Under the pieces are notes generated by a model, which searched no databases, was not told where the DNA came from, and saw nothing but the letters and a program-made list of their open reading frames with translations. The position numbers were made by a program, and so were the translations under genes. Of a stretch of 64,000 bases of DNA, positions 13,701-27,522 are shown piece by piece; position 1 is the stretch's first letter; each line of letters starts with the position of its first letter. Source of the stretch: Felis catus (Eukaryota); assembly GCF_018350175.1 (NCBI RefSeq), contig NC_058383.1:29018001-29082000 (forward strand), in the 5' to 3' direction.

Positions 13701-14829
13701 AACATATTTAAAATGGGAGAACTTTTGCATGCACTAGTAACACATTTTGCATTTAAAAGTGTTCTGAAGAATCCATGTTTTGGAGCTGCCTTTTAGGGGA
13801 GAGTCTCTTCTGAAGAATCTTCTTGGTTCTTAGGCATGACCTTTTAGAAGGCATTGGTCCAGAGCTCTGTTATATATGCTAGCACTGGAAGGAGCCAGAA
13901 TTCTAATTTTTTCTTGCTTTTGAGGCTCTGTGATGGCATTGAGGGGTGACAGCAGTCATTGTATTTTTGTTTGGCTTCAGCACTGAAACCACTTGTTCAC
14001 GTATTGTCTGTTAATTTAACGACAGCCACTGAAAAGCTGGTAAATATTCCAAACTAGCTAAATACAGTGTGTATTTATAGACTTGGAAAGCTAATTGGAA
14101 GTGGCAGTTTGCTATGAAGCATGAATAACGCTGAAGAGAAGTGTAGTTACAAAGGGTCAGGAGTATGACGATTCAGTCTAGCGTGGCAATTATGTATGTA
14201 AATGAGTTCATTCAAAATTGGAGTCGTCTCCTTTCAGCTTTAGACTTCCTGATCAAAACAAACCGGGAAATAAATTGTCTAATTTAGGCACTTGCTACTG
14301 GTGCTTCTTTAGCAATTTTCTGAGTAGTTAAAGCATGCATCTTGCATATTGGAAGGTCTGTGCTTTAATGGCCTTTTTAACTACCATTTCAGAGGCGTTC
14401 TCAGTAACGGTATAGCCTAGTTTACACAATGCCCATTTCCTATATAAACCATTCTATTTAAATAACCGTGCTGGTCTCGCTGTTAGGATGGATTTGTTGA
14501 ATAGAGCTATTACTAAAAGCTTTCTTTGTGTAATAGAAACCTTTCCCCCTCCTGTTTCAGCCATAAGATACTGGAGTTTGTCTATTTTGGTTATGCAGAG
14601 GTTTTATTTCAGATTATAGGATCCCAGTCAGTGAGGAGATTGTGAAGATTTTCAGAAAGTAATTATTAACTGGAAATGAATCTGGCCGTTGAGTTTAAAG
14701 GGCCCGCGTGAGTATCAGTTTGAAGAGAGAGCTGTGAAGCTTGAAATGTTCATGTATGTTTGCAGTATTGTGAGTGTGTTAAGTAAAATCGCAGCAAGTC
14801 ATCGTCCGTGTTTTGTTGTTGTTTTTTAG

Positions 14830-14873
14830 GACTTAAATGAGTTTAAGGAGATGACAACATGTGTTTTCCCCAG
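14830..14873 (+). CDS. PARN: PARN exon 14: DLNEFKEMTTCVFP(R) (44 nt, phase 0-2)
   Basis: Acceptor ttttag|GAC, donor CAG|gtaagc. Confidence 0.97.
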
Positions 14874-15966
14874 GTAAGCTTTCTTCAAGGATTCTTTTTG
14901 TCTTTCATTCAAAACAGTGCTCCTACTATCTGTGATACAAACAGGTAATAAATAGTAATAATAGTAATTACCCGATCATGGTTACGATCCAGTTGATACA
15001 AGCTGGGAAATGTTTTAACAGGTCCAGCTGTGATGGTTTGATTTTATAATCGATGGTTTGTTTTATTCCATTAAAAATCAAAATTTGAACTCAGAGTGAA
15101 AATAGACGGCAATTTATTTCTTCTTGTCCCTTACCCTGCGGTCTGAAAAACCGGTGGAGACTTCTTGGATTGGCTCTTGTCTCTCTGATACGTTGAACCT
15201 GCCTTGTCCTTGTCAGGTGTCCAGTTGAGAGTATTCTGTAGTTTGTCAAGAACTTTCTGGCTAGAGATTTTTTCCCTCAACTCTGAGTTTACCTGTTAGT
15301 GTCACAGGTTCCATGTCAGCCACGTGGAGCCTCCAAAGCGAGGGTCTGTGTGTGAGGACAAGTCTGAAGAGGGACGGGCATGGTAGCAGAGCTGTCATTC
15401 TTCTCTCTGGGCTAATTCTGTCCTGTTACCTACACTGTTCACATTTATGTCAAAAGAAACAGCATTTTCATATTAGTGTCTCTCTCCTTTTTTTCTCTTT
15501 TTTCCTTATTCTAATCTCTGAAACCGAATTCTAACAAATAATAAGAATACCATGAAACTAACAAATGCGGATTTTTCCTTCCACGAGTTTATTTTGTACA
15601 AATCTGGGTAGGACAGCAGTTGGTAATGGTGTTGGGGGGCGGGGGGTGGGTGTTAGACCTGCAACCATATTTGAACCATGTAAAAACTTGGGAAGATCTT
15701 TGCTTTCTCCTTGAGACTGACATAGCCCACACCCTCTCAGGGTCCAAGCAAATCTAGAGCTGTGCTCTGAGTGTGGTGGAGTCCCGTAGTCTCGTGATGA
15801 AGAGGGGTTGAGAGGACGGAGTCCCAGTCTGATGTGGAGATGCCGGCCCTATGTCAGAACGGCTCACGTGTTTAATTCTCCTGTCGGCTTTTAGGACAGT
15901 AGGCTTTTCATTTGAGTAACATACGTTTTGGACCGTTTGCCTTATTGAAAATTCTTTTGTTTTTAG

Positions 15967-16009
15967 ACTCTTGGATACAAAATTGATGGCCAGCACACAA
16001 CCTTTTAAG
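15967..16009 (+). CDS. PARN: PARN exon 15: (R)LLDTKLMASTQPFK (43 nt, phase 2-0)
   Basis: Acceptor ttttag|ACT, donor AAG|gtattt; DTK motif; phase matches exon 14. Confidence 0.97.
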
Positions 16010-16111
16010 GTATTTTTAAAATTTGAGCTATCACTGATAAGCTATGTTTTGATGTGTTTCGAATTGCCACTAGGAGCTTGAAATTCTGGTCTATTTAAAT
16101 ATCATTTTCTT

Positions 16112-16116
<5 letters not shown>

Positions 16117-16194
<78 letters not shown>

Positions 16195-16398
16195 TTATTT
16201 ATTTTTGAGACACAGAGAGACAAAGCACAAGCAGGGAGGGACAGAGAGAAAGAGAGAGAGAGAGGGAGACACAGAATCTGAAGCAGGCTCCAGGCTCTGA
16301 GCTGTCAGCACAGAACCTGATGTGGGGCTTGAACCCAGGAGCCCTGAGATCATGACTTGAGCTGACGTTGGACACCGAATGAGCTACCCAGGCGCCCC
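16117..16398 (-). mobile_element. CanSINE with (TA)n tail (16117-16178)
   Basis: TSD taaatatcRttttc. Confidence 0.93.
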
Positions 16399-16569
16399 TA
16401 AATATCGTTTTCAAATATACCCAAAAAAGAAAAAAAAATTGGAAAAGAACTAGAAATAAATATATCAAAATGTGAATAATGGTTGTCTTTGGGTGGTGGA
16501 ATTATTTTTTCTCCTATATTCTTTTTGAATATAAACGTTTTTAATGTTAAAATATATAATGTGTTTTTT

Positions 16570-16666
16570 TGAGGGAGTGCGCTTGGCTGGCTCAGTCAGT
16601 AGAGCATGTGATTCTTGTTCTTGGGGTTGTGAGTTCAAGCCTCATGTTGGGCATAGAGCCTACTAA

Positions 16667-16716
<50 letters not shown>
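16570..16716 (+). mobile_element. Short older SINE followed by (GT)n
   Basis: ggctggctcagtcagtagagcatgtga... body; (GT)n at 16669-16716. Confidence 0.85.
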
Positions 16717-16719
<3 letters not shown>

Positions 16720-16724
16720 ATGCA

Positions 16725-16952
16725 TTTTTTTTTTTAATTTTTTTTTTTTCAACGTTTATTTATTTTTGGGACAGAGAGAGACAGAGCATGAACGGGGGAG
16801 GGGCAGAGAGAGAGGGAGACACAGAATCGGAAACAGGCTCCAGGCTCTGAGCCATCAGCCCAGAGCCTGACGCGGGGCTCGAACTCACGGACCGTGAGAT
16901 CCTGACCTGGCTGAAGTCGGACGCTTAACCGACTGCGCCACCCAGGCGCCCC
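16725..16952 (-). mobile_element. Young felid CanSINE
   Basis: TSD tataatgcatttttt; near-identical to the other young copies. Confidence 0.95.
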
Positions 16953-17439
16953 ATATAATGCATTTTTTAATAGGTTACACATGCACACACTTCATTATTT
17001 TGCTGATTTTGTATGTTTTGGTTCTATTTTCTAATCAGGAAAATTCAGGTAAAAGTATAGTTGTCTGCTGTTTTGTGAAGTGACTTTATATAACTGAGCA
17101 AAATGAATGCCAGAACTGTATAGGTTTCTGGCCCAAGTTCTGTAGGTATTTAACATGCCTTAAAAACCTTTCATGTAGTGATACTTACCAAGCATGGTGA
17201 AAATGACACTTGGCTGTCTTTCACATTGAGTGAATGATGACTCTTGTGTTTGTTCAGAGAACACAAGGGGGCAGTACTAGATACTGGGTTTTTTTTGGTT
17301 TGTTTTTTTTGTTTTTGTTTTTGTTTTTGTTTTTTGTTTGTTTTTTTTGGGGGGGTTCTGACATTCAGTGAATCTCTGCTGTAAGTTGTACTGAGATGAT
17401 TTAAGCTCATACATAATTCTCTGCTTTTCTGGTTTGTAG

Positions 17440-17529
<90 letters not shown>

Positions 17530-18515
17530 TGATCCTGATAGTGCCCAAGGCCCTTGTGATCATTACTGACGTATATCACACAAGGAAGGAGAAGTTGCTC
17601 TGGAAACCAGCCGTGCACATTTGTGGATCTTGGCTGAGTTGCCTTGCTCCTGCCCTGTGTTGACTTATGCTTTCTGAACAAAGCTGGTCTCATAATCCTA
17701 CATCTATTTTAGGTTAATCAGTCAGGTAGCCATGCATTGAGAAGTTTAGCAATTAAACCTTCAGGGCTTTTGTTTCTTAATGCTTGGAATTCTCCCAAAA
17801 CTTGATGTATCTATCTTTTCTATGGGGCATTGTTTAAGCAGAGACAAAGAGTTGGTGCTTAATTGCCAGGGGTCGAATGGAAACACACTTTCTGTCTCAG
17901 GAAAGCCCAAGAACTGGGGGTCTAGGAAGGAGGGTCTCCACCTTTGCCTCCCGTCACTGGTGGCCAAGCTATGGAAGGGCAGCAGCGAGGAACAGCAGAA
18001 GTAGGGAGGAATGTTTCTCAGGGCAGAGATGTTTTACCATGTCTGGTCATGGCCCCTACCCAGGTAGGGCCCTACCCAAGCCACGTGTTCCTTGGTTCCC
18101 GTTCGCCTCATTTTGCTGCTGATACCATAATTGGCATTCCATTAGCTGTAGCCTGCAAACTTCTGAAGACATTGATAATTGGACTAATGGTTCAGAAATT
18201 GACAATGGAAGGTACTAAAGCAGCCAAGATTACAGCCATTTGTTTCCCTTTCTGGGTAATAGTCCAAAAAAGGAATTAAGAAAAGGAGGGAGGGTGAGGG
18301 AGGAAAGCCTAGACCTTTTTGTCTAACACTGTGATGGAAATCATTGATTTTGGAAATAAATGTGTGTTTCAGTTGATGGTAGATTAGAGCCTCTTACCTA
18401 CTTGGCGTCATGTTAACAGATTTTTTTTAAAGCTTAATGTCTAATATTTAATACAGAGGTTAAAAAAATTCTTGCTTAAAGACCCTTATGTTGACTTAAG
18501 AACATTCACAGTCTA

Positions 18516-18600
18516 GGGGCGCCTGGGTGGCTCAGTCTGTTAAGCCTAGGACTTTGGCTCAGGTCACGATCTCTCTTTTAAGAAAGAAAAAAAAAAAAAA
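18516..18600 (+). mobile_element. Internally deleted mini-SINE
   Basis: Head plus A tail only; TSD aagaacaKtcacagtct. Confidence 0.9.
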
Positions 18601-18934
18601 GAACAGTCACAGTCTTTTTGTTGTTAATTTCCATTCATGCTTTTGGTTTTGTTGCAGCATTTTGATACTCATTTCCAGAATGGTGCTAGGAAATATTTAT
18701 GAGTGATAGTTGTTTTTTTTGTTTGTTTTTGTTTTTGTTTTTTGTTTTTTTTTTTAAAGAGAGTTTTACCCTATTCTTTCTGTGTAATATTCTGGGACGT
18801 GGCAGAGAATTTACTCTAAAGCAGGTTACTCTTCCCAGACACTGCGCTCAGCATCTGTGCGTTGATCAGTGTGACGTAAGAATCGCGTAAAGCGGTCTCT
18901 CCTAAGAAGTGGCCCCGTATTTGATGGGCAGCAT

Positions 18935-19160
18935 TTTTCTTTAATGTTGTTTAATGTTTTATTTATTTTTGAGAGAGAGTGAGAGATACAGAGCGTGAGC
19001 AGGGGAGGGTCAGAGAGAGAGGGAGACACAGAATCCGAAGCAGGCTCCAGGCTCCGAACTGTCCGCACAGAGCCCGACGTGGGGCTCGAACTCACCAACC
19101 GTGAGATCATGACCTGAGCCAAAGTCGGACGCTTAACTGACTGAACCACCCAAGCGCCCC
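18935..19160 (-). mobile_element. CanSINE
   Basis: TSD atgggcagcat. Confidence 0.93.
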
Positions 19161-19334
19161 TCCATGGGCAGCATGATCTTACGTTCTGATCCAGTTTGGG
19201 AGTTAGTTGTACCTTCATCTTTAGATCCATATGTTTGGAAATGTGGCAGAGGGCAGTGCTGATCATTGGCAGAGTTGCCAATGCCAAGTGGCGTCTTTTG
19301 CCTTCTGGGAGGGTTACCTGGGGTATTGATGGAT

Positions 19335-19565
19335 GACAGTTACCAAGCATTTACCACGTGCCAGGCACGATGTGAGAGCTTTACTGACATTAGGTCGTTT
19401 GATCCTCACAAAAGCCTAACGAGGGAGGTTTTCATCTCCATCCTGCCAAAGTGGAGGCCCCGGGGTGAAGCGACTTGCCTAAGATCACATAGCAAATAAA
19501 TGGTGGAGCCAGGATTTAAACTCAGACGGTGGGACCCACAAATCCATGCTCTTAGTCATGACTGA
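19335..19565. mobile_element. MIR
   Basis: MIR-like motifs (cttgcctaagatcacatagc...ggagccaggatttaaactcag). Confidence 0.75.
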
Positions 19566-19821
19566 AGTACCGATTACGTCTCTCTATCATCAGGGAAGAA
19601 GTTCCTCGTGACCTCAGAAAGCGGGCAGAAGACAGGTCATTGTCATAGAGCAAGTTATACATGATCGTAAATAGCACCCGCCCATGTGCAGTCGGGAGGC
19701 CTGTGGCTGGGTCTCTGATGATGTAACTGAGGCATTTCTCTAGTCTAGACCCAAGCTCTCATGTTCAGTGACCCTTTTTTCTCATATTGCAAGGTCTTGT
19801 GTGGAGAGAATGAAGAAGTAG

Positions 19822-20076
<255 letters not shown>

Positions 20077-20386
20077 TAGACCTGTTTCTTCCAAACACAC
20101 CACGGTCGGGGCGGATCTTGCCTGTCTGTGCTTTACGTGGGGCCCACTTTCCCAGGTAGAAGTGGGGGGGGGGTTAGAGGTCAGAGTGGGAGGGCTTTGT
20201 GGTAGGGCGTGGAGAGTGCACGAGGAAGACCCGTTGACACTTAACTGGTGTGGCGCCTGGCGCTTGGCCCTTACGAGTGCCTCTGACCCTTCTGAACGGG
20301 AGAGTTGACTGACATAGGCTGTTGTCTGAACTTTCAGGCTCTGTCTCCTTGACCGTGTGTAACACTCTGCTTTTTTTCTTCATTAG

Positions 20387-20456
20387 GTTCTTTTCTTAGC
20401 CCTCCAAAAATTCACGTGTCTGCCAGATCAAAACTCATTGAACCTTTTTTTAACAA
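20387..20456 (+). CDS. PARN: PARN exon 18: (G)[22 protein letters not shown](K) (70 nt, phase 1-2)
   Basis: Acceptor cattag|GTT, donor CAA|gtaagt. Confidence 0.97.
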
Positions 20457-20716
20457 GTAAGTAAGCAGAGCCCCAGTGGCCACGTTCTCTCACTGATGTC
20501 AGGGTGATTGGGAGCTCTTGTGCATTTTTACATAAAGGATTTCTCATCTGTAGTGACTCACGTGTTTTTTTGAAAACAGAAATTGACCTTCTGGGAAATA
20601 ATTTATTAAATATATTGGCTTAAAAAGAAAGAAAGAAAACACTGCCAAAAGCAGTGTGTCTCTTCCAAGACGAAGAACTGGTGGTTTTGGCATTTGAATT
20701 GCCTTTAAGGGAGACT

Positions 20717-20717
<1 letters not shown>

Positions 20718-20765
<48 letters not shown>

Positions 20766-20788
20766 TGTGTGTGTGTGTGTGTGTGTGT
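20718..20788. repeat. (GA)n(GT)n compound microsatellite
   Basis: Direct reading. Confidence 0.95.
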
Positions 20789-21557
20789 ATACACAGTTGG
20801 ACCTAACACTGCTAACATACTTTACACATGAGGTTATTATTTATACTTGCATTATTATCTCATTAAAATTCTTTCTAAGGAGATGTTGGTTACACAAATG
20901 GCTTTTAAGATAATCTATGGAGAAGTCTTGATTGTCATTTCATCCTGAGCTTTCATCTGCGTGGATTCAATGAAGTAAAAAGCTTGCTCGTGTACTTACA
21001 GTTGGAAGAAGTCTGTGTGATTTAGGGAGATGTCAAAGTTCAGAGCATTTTCAAAGACTCTCGAGATGATGACTTCAAAGTGTGGCTTGTGCTTTCTTGG
21101 CATCGTTGAGACTAAAGTTATGGATGTGACCCTCAGGCCGGCCACAGTTGGGCTCTGTGCCAGAGCCCTAAGCCTTCTTTACCCCTGCTTTCTTAACAGA
21201 ATTTGTTCTAGGAGATTCTGGGTGAGCCAGAAAGAATGAGGCAGCCCACATCGGTCATTCCCACTGGGAGAAAGAACTGTTTGAGCGTTGGGTTGGTTAC
21301 ATCATTTCCTTACATTATACACAGCACTTTACAATTCTTTCAGTGAGAACACCATCTCCTTTGGATGTCTATATAAATGCTAGTATCGCAGTGCTTGTAC
21401 TTAAGTGACATGCTGCAGAGACAGATGTTAATTGCAAACATCTGGATTCCTACAGGTTTGGAATTTGTGTAGTCTGAGTTAGTAAATTTTATCACACTGT
21501 GGCTTCATATTTTTAAATCTTCTTTTATCTGGAAGTTCAGAGGTAAATGTGTTTGAT

Positions 21558-23112
21558 TTTTTTTTTTTTTTTTAATTTTGAGAACAAGGATGGTGGGGGG
21601 AGGGATGAGGGGGAAAGAGAATCTTAAGCAGGCGCCACACTCAGCGTGGAGCCCAGCACAGGGTTCACTGCCGTGACTGTGAGATCATGACCTGAGCCGA
21701 AATCACGAGAGTCAGATGCTCAACTGACTGAGCCACCCAGGTGGCCTTCTACTGTGTTTGACTGTCAAACGTCTTTCAGAGAGGAATGGGAAGCAATGTA
21801 GTATATATTGAAAATCAAGTTGAAATTTTTAATTAAGTTTTTAATTTTAATTCCAGTATAGTTAACATACAGTGTCATGTTGGTTTCAGGTGTATACTAT
21901 AGTGATTCAGCAATTCTATACATTATTCAGTGTGCATCATGCTAATGTACAGAGTTTAATTTCTTTTTTTATGGAAAATTAATTCTGCTAACAGTTGAGC
22001 CCTTGCTGTCTATCCAATTCCTTATGGGAAAAACAGAATATTCTTAGCTCTTAACTTTTATTTTGGGGGTTGTGTTTATCTTTGTAAATCTTTGAAAGGG
22101 CAGCTTAAGTCATAGACCATGGAGTGTGCAGGTGACCTTAAATATTGTTTGGGTCATGGCCATTCCTTGCATTTTTATGTGCAGGGTGTTAAGTTCATTG
22201 TTCAATGATATTTTTCAACTGGGACATGTTTACTCATTTTTTTTTAATATAACTTTAAAAATCAGTTTATTTTTTATTTTTTATTAAAAAAATTTTTTTT
22301 AACGTTTATTATTTTTGAGACAGAGAGAGACAGAGCATGAATGGGGGAGAGTCAGAGAGAGAGGGAGACACAGAATCCGAAGCAGGTCCCGGGCTCTGAG
22401 CTGTCAGCACAGAGCCCGACGCGGGTATTTTTAATTTTTAAATGTTTGTTTTGAGAGAGAGAGAGAGCCTGCGTGAGGGTGGGGGAAGAGCAGAGAGAGA
22501 GAGGGGGAGAGAGAATTATAAGCAGCTCCACACTGTCAGGTGTCAGCACAGAACCCCATGCAGGGCTTGATCTCACGAACCGTGAGGTCATGACCTGAGC
22601 CAAAATTAAGGCACCCCCATATTTACTCATTTTTAAATATTTAAAACAATGATCCTGCTTCTCCAGTAACATCAAGTCCTTATAAAATCAGGTGATGGAT
22701 ACAAATTGGGTTTGATAATAGGCTGCATCTAGTTTATCAGTAGTCTGTGACTGACATGAAGAGCAATCAAAATTAGCTTTAAGAAATTTAACAAAGACTT
22801 GATATATTTCTAGATGAATTTGTTATTGCTGATAATATGCAAGGCTATTATTCAAGAGAACTGGACAATTTCATTAAAAATTTTTTTACGTGTATGTATT
22901 TATTTTTAGAAAGAGAGAGAGCGAGAGTGTTCGTGTATGCACGAGCGTGAGTGGGGGAGGAGCAGACAGAGAGGGAGACACAGAACCCGACGCAGGCTCC
23001 AGGCCTTGAGCTGTCAGCACAGAGCCTGACGTGGGGCTTGAACTCACGAACCACGAGATCATGACCTGAGCCGAAGTTGGTCACTTAACTGACTAAGCCA
23101 CCTAGATGCCCC
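21558..23112 (-). mobile_element. Cluster: CanSINEs at about 21558-21747, 22285-22425 (truncated), 22430-22618 and 22878-23112, plus an L1 tail fragment at about 21835-21950
   Basis: SINE bodies with TSDs (tgtgtttga; tttactcattttt; ggacaRtttca). Confidence 0.88.
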
Positions 23113-25009
23113 AAGGACAGTTTCAGTTTAAATTCGGAATGTTCATTTATATTTTTTTCCTGAAACCTCGCTGCATAGCAAAAATGGTTGAGGATTCAGG
23201 AATCCTCCTGTGATATTGCACTGAAAATTCTTGATTTTTTGCTCCATTTTCCCCCCCATCTGTAAAGGAAGAATATTTTCTTCGTCTTTGAAGGAAAAAA
23301 AGTCCAGCAGGATTTGAAATGCAAAATAGGAACTATTTTTATTGTGTATTGGAATAGCATGGTCAAGTACAGTCATCCATTTTTCTTTGAAAAATAATTG
23401 GTATGCAACGTTGTGTTAGTTTCAGGTGTACAAAGTAGTGACGTTATATTTACATACATTATGAAATGCGGTCATCCCTTCTCAACCCATTTAGAAAGTG
23501 GGAAAAGGACTTGCTTCTTTGAACATCTCTTTCTGTGTTAATAATGACCTCATTCTTAACTTCCATGCATGTTTGATTTATGACATTAACCTTGATTTTG
23601 CCATTTTTTTCAAGATACCCTTGTAGAGAAACATCCAGAAATGGCCATCAACATTCCCTCAAATGGTTGATTTTAGAAAAATCTGTAAATTTTTCTGAGA
23701 GTTTATTTGTTTGGCACCAGGCTTTTCTCAGCGTGAGCTTAACTAAATATTGCACAGTCCTAACATAAATTTGGATGGAAATCTAACTGCCTACATATGC
23801 AGAGAACGTTTTGTTCCTCTCTCGCCAGATTTATGTTTAAAAAGTAAACCTTGAGGGGGAAATAAACTGCACCTATTTCTGCATTATTCGGAATTAGCAT
23901 TTGGCTACATTAGTTATGCCTTCTTGGGAAATTTTTATTGAGAGCTATCGGGAGCTCCCTGAGACAGCTGGCATTGGAGAGGTCTGCAGAGACGGAATGA
24001 AGCGTGAGGTGCTTTCTGAGCCATATTTGTCTGCAAGATCGTCCTGTGAGGATTTTGCATGCTGCCATTTTGTCTCTTTCATGGTCCCGGGCACCTCCTA
24101 CATTTCTCCTTCCTTTGTTGGAAACCGAAGGAAAGTCCTAAAGGAGTAGAGCAGTGGCAGTCCGCATCAGACCGCTGCTGCTGATTGGCTGTGTGGAGTG
24201 TGCCCTTCGTTTATGTTGTAGGCTCTCTGGGCAGGAAGTGATTCACCTCCTTTTAGAACCTTGGTCAGTTTTGATCAATGCATGGAAAACCAAACTTCGA
24301 GAAGATCCTTTGGTCAAATCCTTTTAGGCTGGAAAGAGCTAAAAATACTCTCTGCTTTCACTTCTTTTCATACCACAGAAGGCACAAAATCAGGCTTTTG
24401 CCTTAGGTTTTGTTAATAGTCATCTGTGTCTGCAAGGCACGTTGAACTCTCGCTGGATAACCTTTTCTGAAGGTTTTTGGGAAGGTTGTTTTCTATTGAC
24501 CTCATTTCTTAGAAGGAGGAAGGAAATGAGCAAATCTTTTATTTTGGCTAATCTCTGCACGTAAGGGAATTAAAGAGGAAGACTTGCCTGCAGTTTGCTG
24601 TAGAGGATGGCTGTCTTGTTCTTGACACAAGTGTCCTGAGTAGGAACAGGATTCCTCTAGAAATCTAGGCCTTCCTGGGATGACATTGCTGGATTTTGTC
24701 CCTACACTCGAGGTGAGGACAAGCCAGAAGAAGGAGTGATAGGCTCTTGGGCAAATTGTTTCCTCTCCTGTAAATTGGGGATAAAACTATTCATCTCCCA
24801 TAGAAGTTACCAAGATTGCATGAGGTGTTAAAGTTCATTGCCCAATATTTATTATTTTCCTTTCTCGAAGCGTAAGAGAATTTAGCACGCTGGGGGATCT
24901 GAAAAGGAGATGCGGTGGTGGATGTGTTTTGTGTTAATGGTTTCATGATAAAGAAGAAAGTTGGTTATCACGTGGATATAAAATTAGAGCACATGGAAAG
25001 TGTTCACTC

Positions 25010-25215
25010 TTTTTTTTTTGAATGTTTATTCACTTTTGAGAGAGAGACAGTGGGAGTGGGGAAGGGGCGGAGAGAGAGGGAGACAGAGAATCTGAAGCGG
25101 GCTCTGGGCTCTGAGCTGGCAGCACGGAGCCCGACGCAGGGCTCGAACTCATAAACCGTGAGGTCATGACCTGAGAAAGTCGGACACTTAACCGACCGAG
25201 CCACCCGGGTGCCCC
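25010..25215 (-). mobile_element. CanSINE
   Basis: Perfect TSD ggaaagtgttcactctt. Confidence 0.93.
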
Positions 25216-25529
25216 AGGAAAGTGTTCACTCTTGCTTGTACCCACCTTTTAGTGTTTGCCTGTGAGAAATCAGGTGGTGAGGAAGTGTTTCAGATTGGTC
25301 CATGGCGGAAGCAAGTTTGCTTTGGTTTGGAGCATTTATATTAAAGTTCTATTAGTCAGATGAATACAGCAGTTTTTGCAAAAGGTTGTGTAGGTACCAG
25401 TAAACGTGATTAGCGTAGAGGGGGAGGGGTCATTATGATGCCTGAAATAAAACACACCGTGTTTTTTCACATTTCCTCTGTGGAAAGCGATCACGTGCTT
25501 GCCGCAAGTTTTTTTCCTTTTGTTTAAAA

Positions 25530-27522
25530 CCTCTATTCATTATTTTATTTTATTCTACTTATTTATTTAATTTTATTTCTTTAATTTACATCCAAATTAG
25601 TTAGCATATAGTGCAATCACGATTTCAGGAGTTTAAGATTCCTTAATGATTCCTTTAAGATTCCTTAAGATTCCTTAATGCCCCTTACTCATTTAGCCCA
25701 TCCCCCCTCCCACAGCCCCTCTAGTAACCCTCTGTTTATTCTCCATATTTGAGTCTCTTATGTTTTTCCCCCTTCCTGTTTTTATATTATTTTTGCTTCC
25801 CTTCCCTTGTGTTCATCTGTTCTGTGTCTTAAAGTCCTCACATGAGTGAAGTCATATGATATTTGTCTTTCTCTAATTTCGCTTAGCGTAATATCCTCTA
25901 GTTCATCCACATAGTTGCAAATGACAAGATTCCATTCTTTCTGATTGCCGAGTAATACTCCATTGTGTGTGAATGTATGTATGTATATATATCTATATAT
26001 CTATATCTATATCTATATCTGTATCTGTATCTATATCTATATCTATATATCTTAAAAAAATTTTTTTTAATGTTTATTTATTTTTGAGAGAGACAGAGAT
26101 AGAAGGTGAGTGGGTTAGGGGCAGGGAGAGAGGGAGACACAGAATCCGAAGCAGGTTCCAGGCTCCAAGCTGTCAGCACAGAGCCCGATGTGGGGCTCAA
26201 ACTCAGGAGCTATGAGATCATGACCTGCGCTAAAGTCGGACGCTTAGCTGACTGAACCACCCAGGCACTCCACATCTTCTTCTTTTTTTTTTTTTTTTTT
26301 TAATTTTTTTTTTAACATTTATTTATTTTTGAGACAGAGAGAGACAGAGCATGAACAGGGGAGGAGGGTCAGAGAGAGGAAGGCACAGAATCTGAAACAG
26401 GCTCCAGGCTCTGAGCAGTCAGCACACAGCCCGACGCGGGGCTCGAACTCATGGACCGCGAGATCACTACCTGAGCCGAAGTCGGACTGAGCTTAACCGA
26501 CTGAGCCTCCCAGGTGCCCCCACATCTTGTTTATCCATTCATCCATCAATGGACATTTGGGCTCTTTCCATACTTTGGCTATTGTTGACAGTGCTGCTAT
26601 AAACATTGGGGTGCACGTCCCCCTTCGAAACAGCATCCCTGTATCCCTTGGATAAATAGCTAATAGTGCAATTGCTGGGTTGTAGGATAGTTCTATTTTT
26701 AATTTTTTGAGGAGGCTTCGTACTCTTTTCCAGAGCGGCTGCACCAGCTTGCATTCCCACCAACAATGCAAAAGAGATCTTCTTTCTCCCGCATCCTCAC
26801 CAATATCTGTTGTTGCCTGAGTTGTTGATGTGAGCCCTTCTGACGGGTGTGAGGTGGTATCTCATTGTGGTTTTGATTTGTATTTCACTGGTGATGAGTG
26901 ATGTTAAGCATCTTTTCATGTGTCAGTTGGCCATCTGGATGTCTTTTTTGGAGAAGTGTCTATTCATGTCTCTTGCCCATTTCTTCACTGGATTCTTTGT
27001 TTTTTTGGGTGTGGAGTTTGAGAAGTTCTCCATAGATTTTGGATAGTAACCCTTTATCTGATATGTCGTTTGCAAATATCTTCTCCCACTCCGTCGGTTG
27101 CCTTTTAGTTTTGCTGATTGTTTCCTTCACTGTGCAGAAGCTTTTTATTTTGATGAGGTCCCAATAGTTGATTTTGGCTTTTGTTTCCCTTGCCTCCAGA
27201 GACGTGTTGAGTAAGAAGTTTCTGTGGCTGAGGTCAAAGAGGTTTTTGCCTGCTTTCTTCTTGAGGATATTGATGGCTTCCTGTCTTTCGTTTAGGTCTT
27301 TTATCCATTTTGAGTTTTTGTGTCTGGTGTAAGAAAGTGGTCCAGGTTCATTCTCCTGCATGTCGCTGTCCAGTTTTCCCAGCACCGCTTGCTGAAGAGA
27401 CAGTCTTTATTCCATGGGATATTCTTTCCTGCTTTTTCAAAGATGAGTTGGCCATACGTTTGTGGGCCCATTTCTGGGTTCTCTATTCTGTTCCACTGAT
27501 CTGAGTGTCTGTTTTGTGCCAT
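25530..27522 (-). mobile_element. Felid L1 3' fragment (about 2 kb) with (TCTATA)n and two nested CanSINEs (about 26055-26270, 26285-26520)
   Basis: ORF2 peptides ([38 protein letters not shown]), frameshifted, followed by the 3' UTR. Confidence 0.95.
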
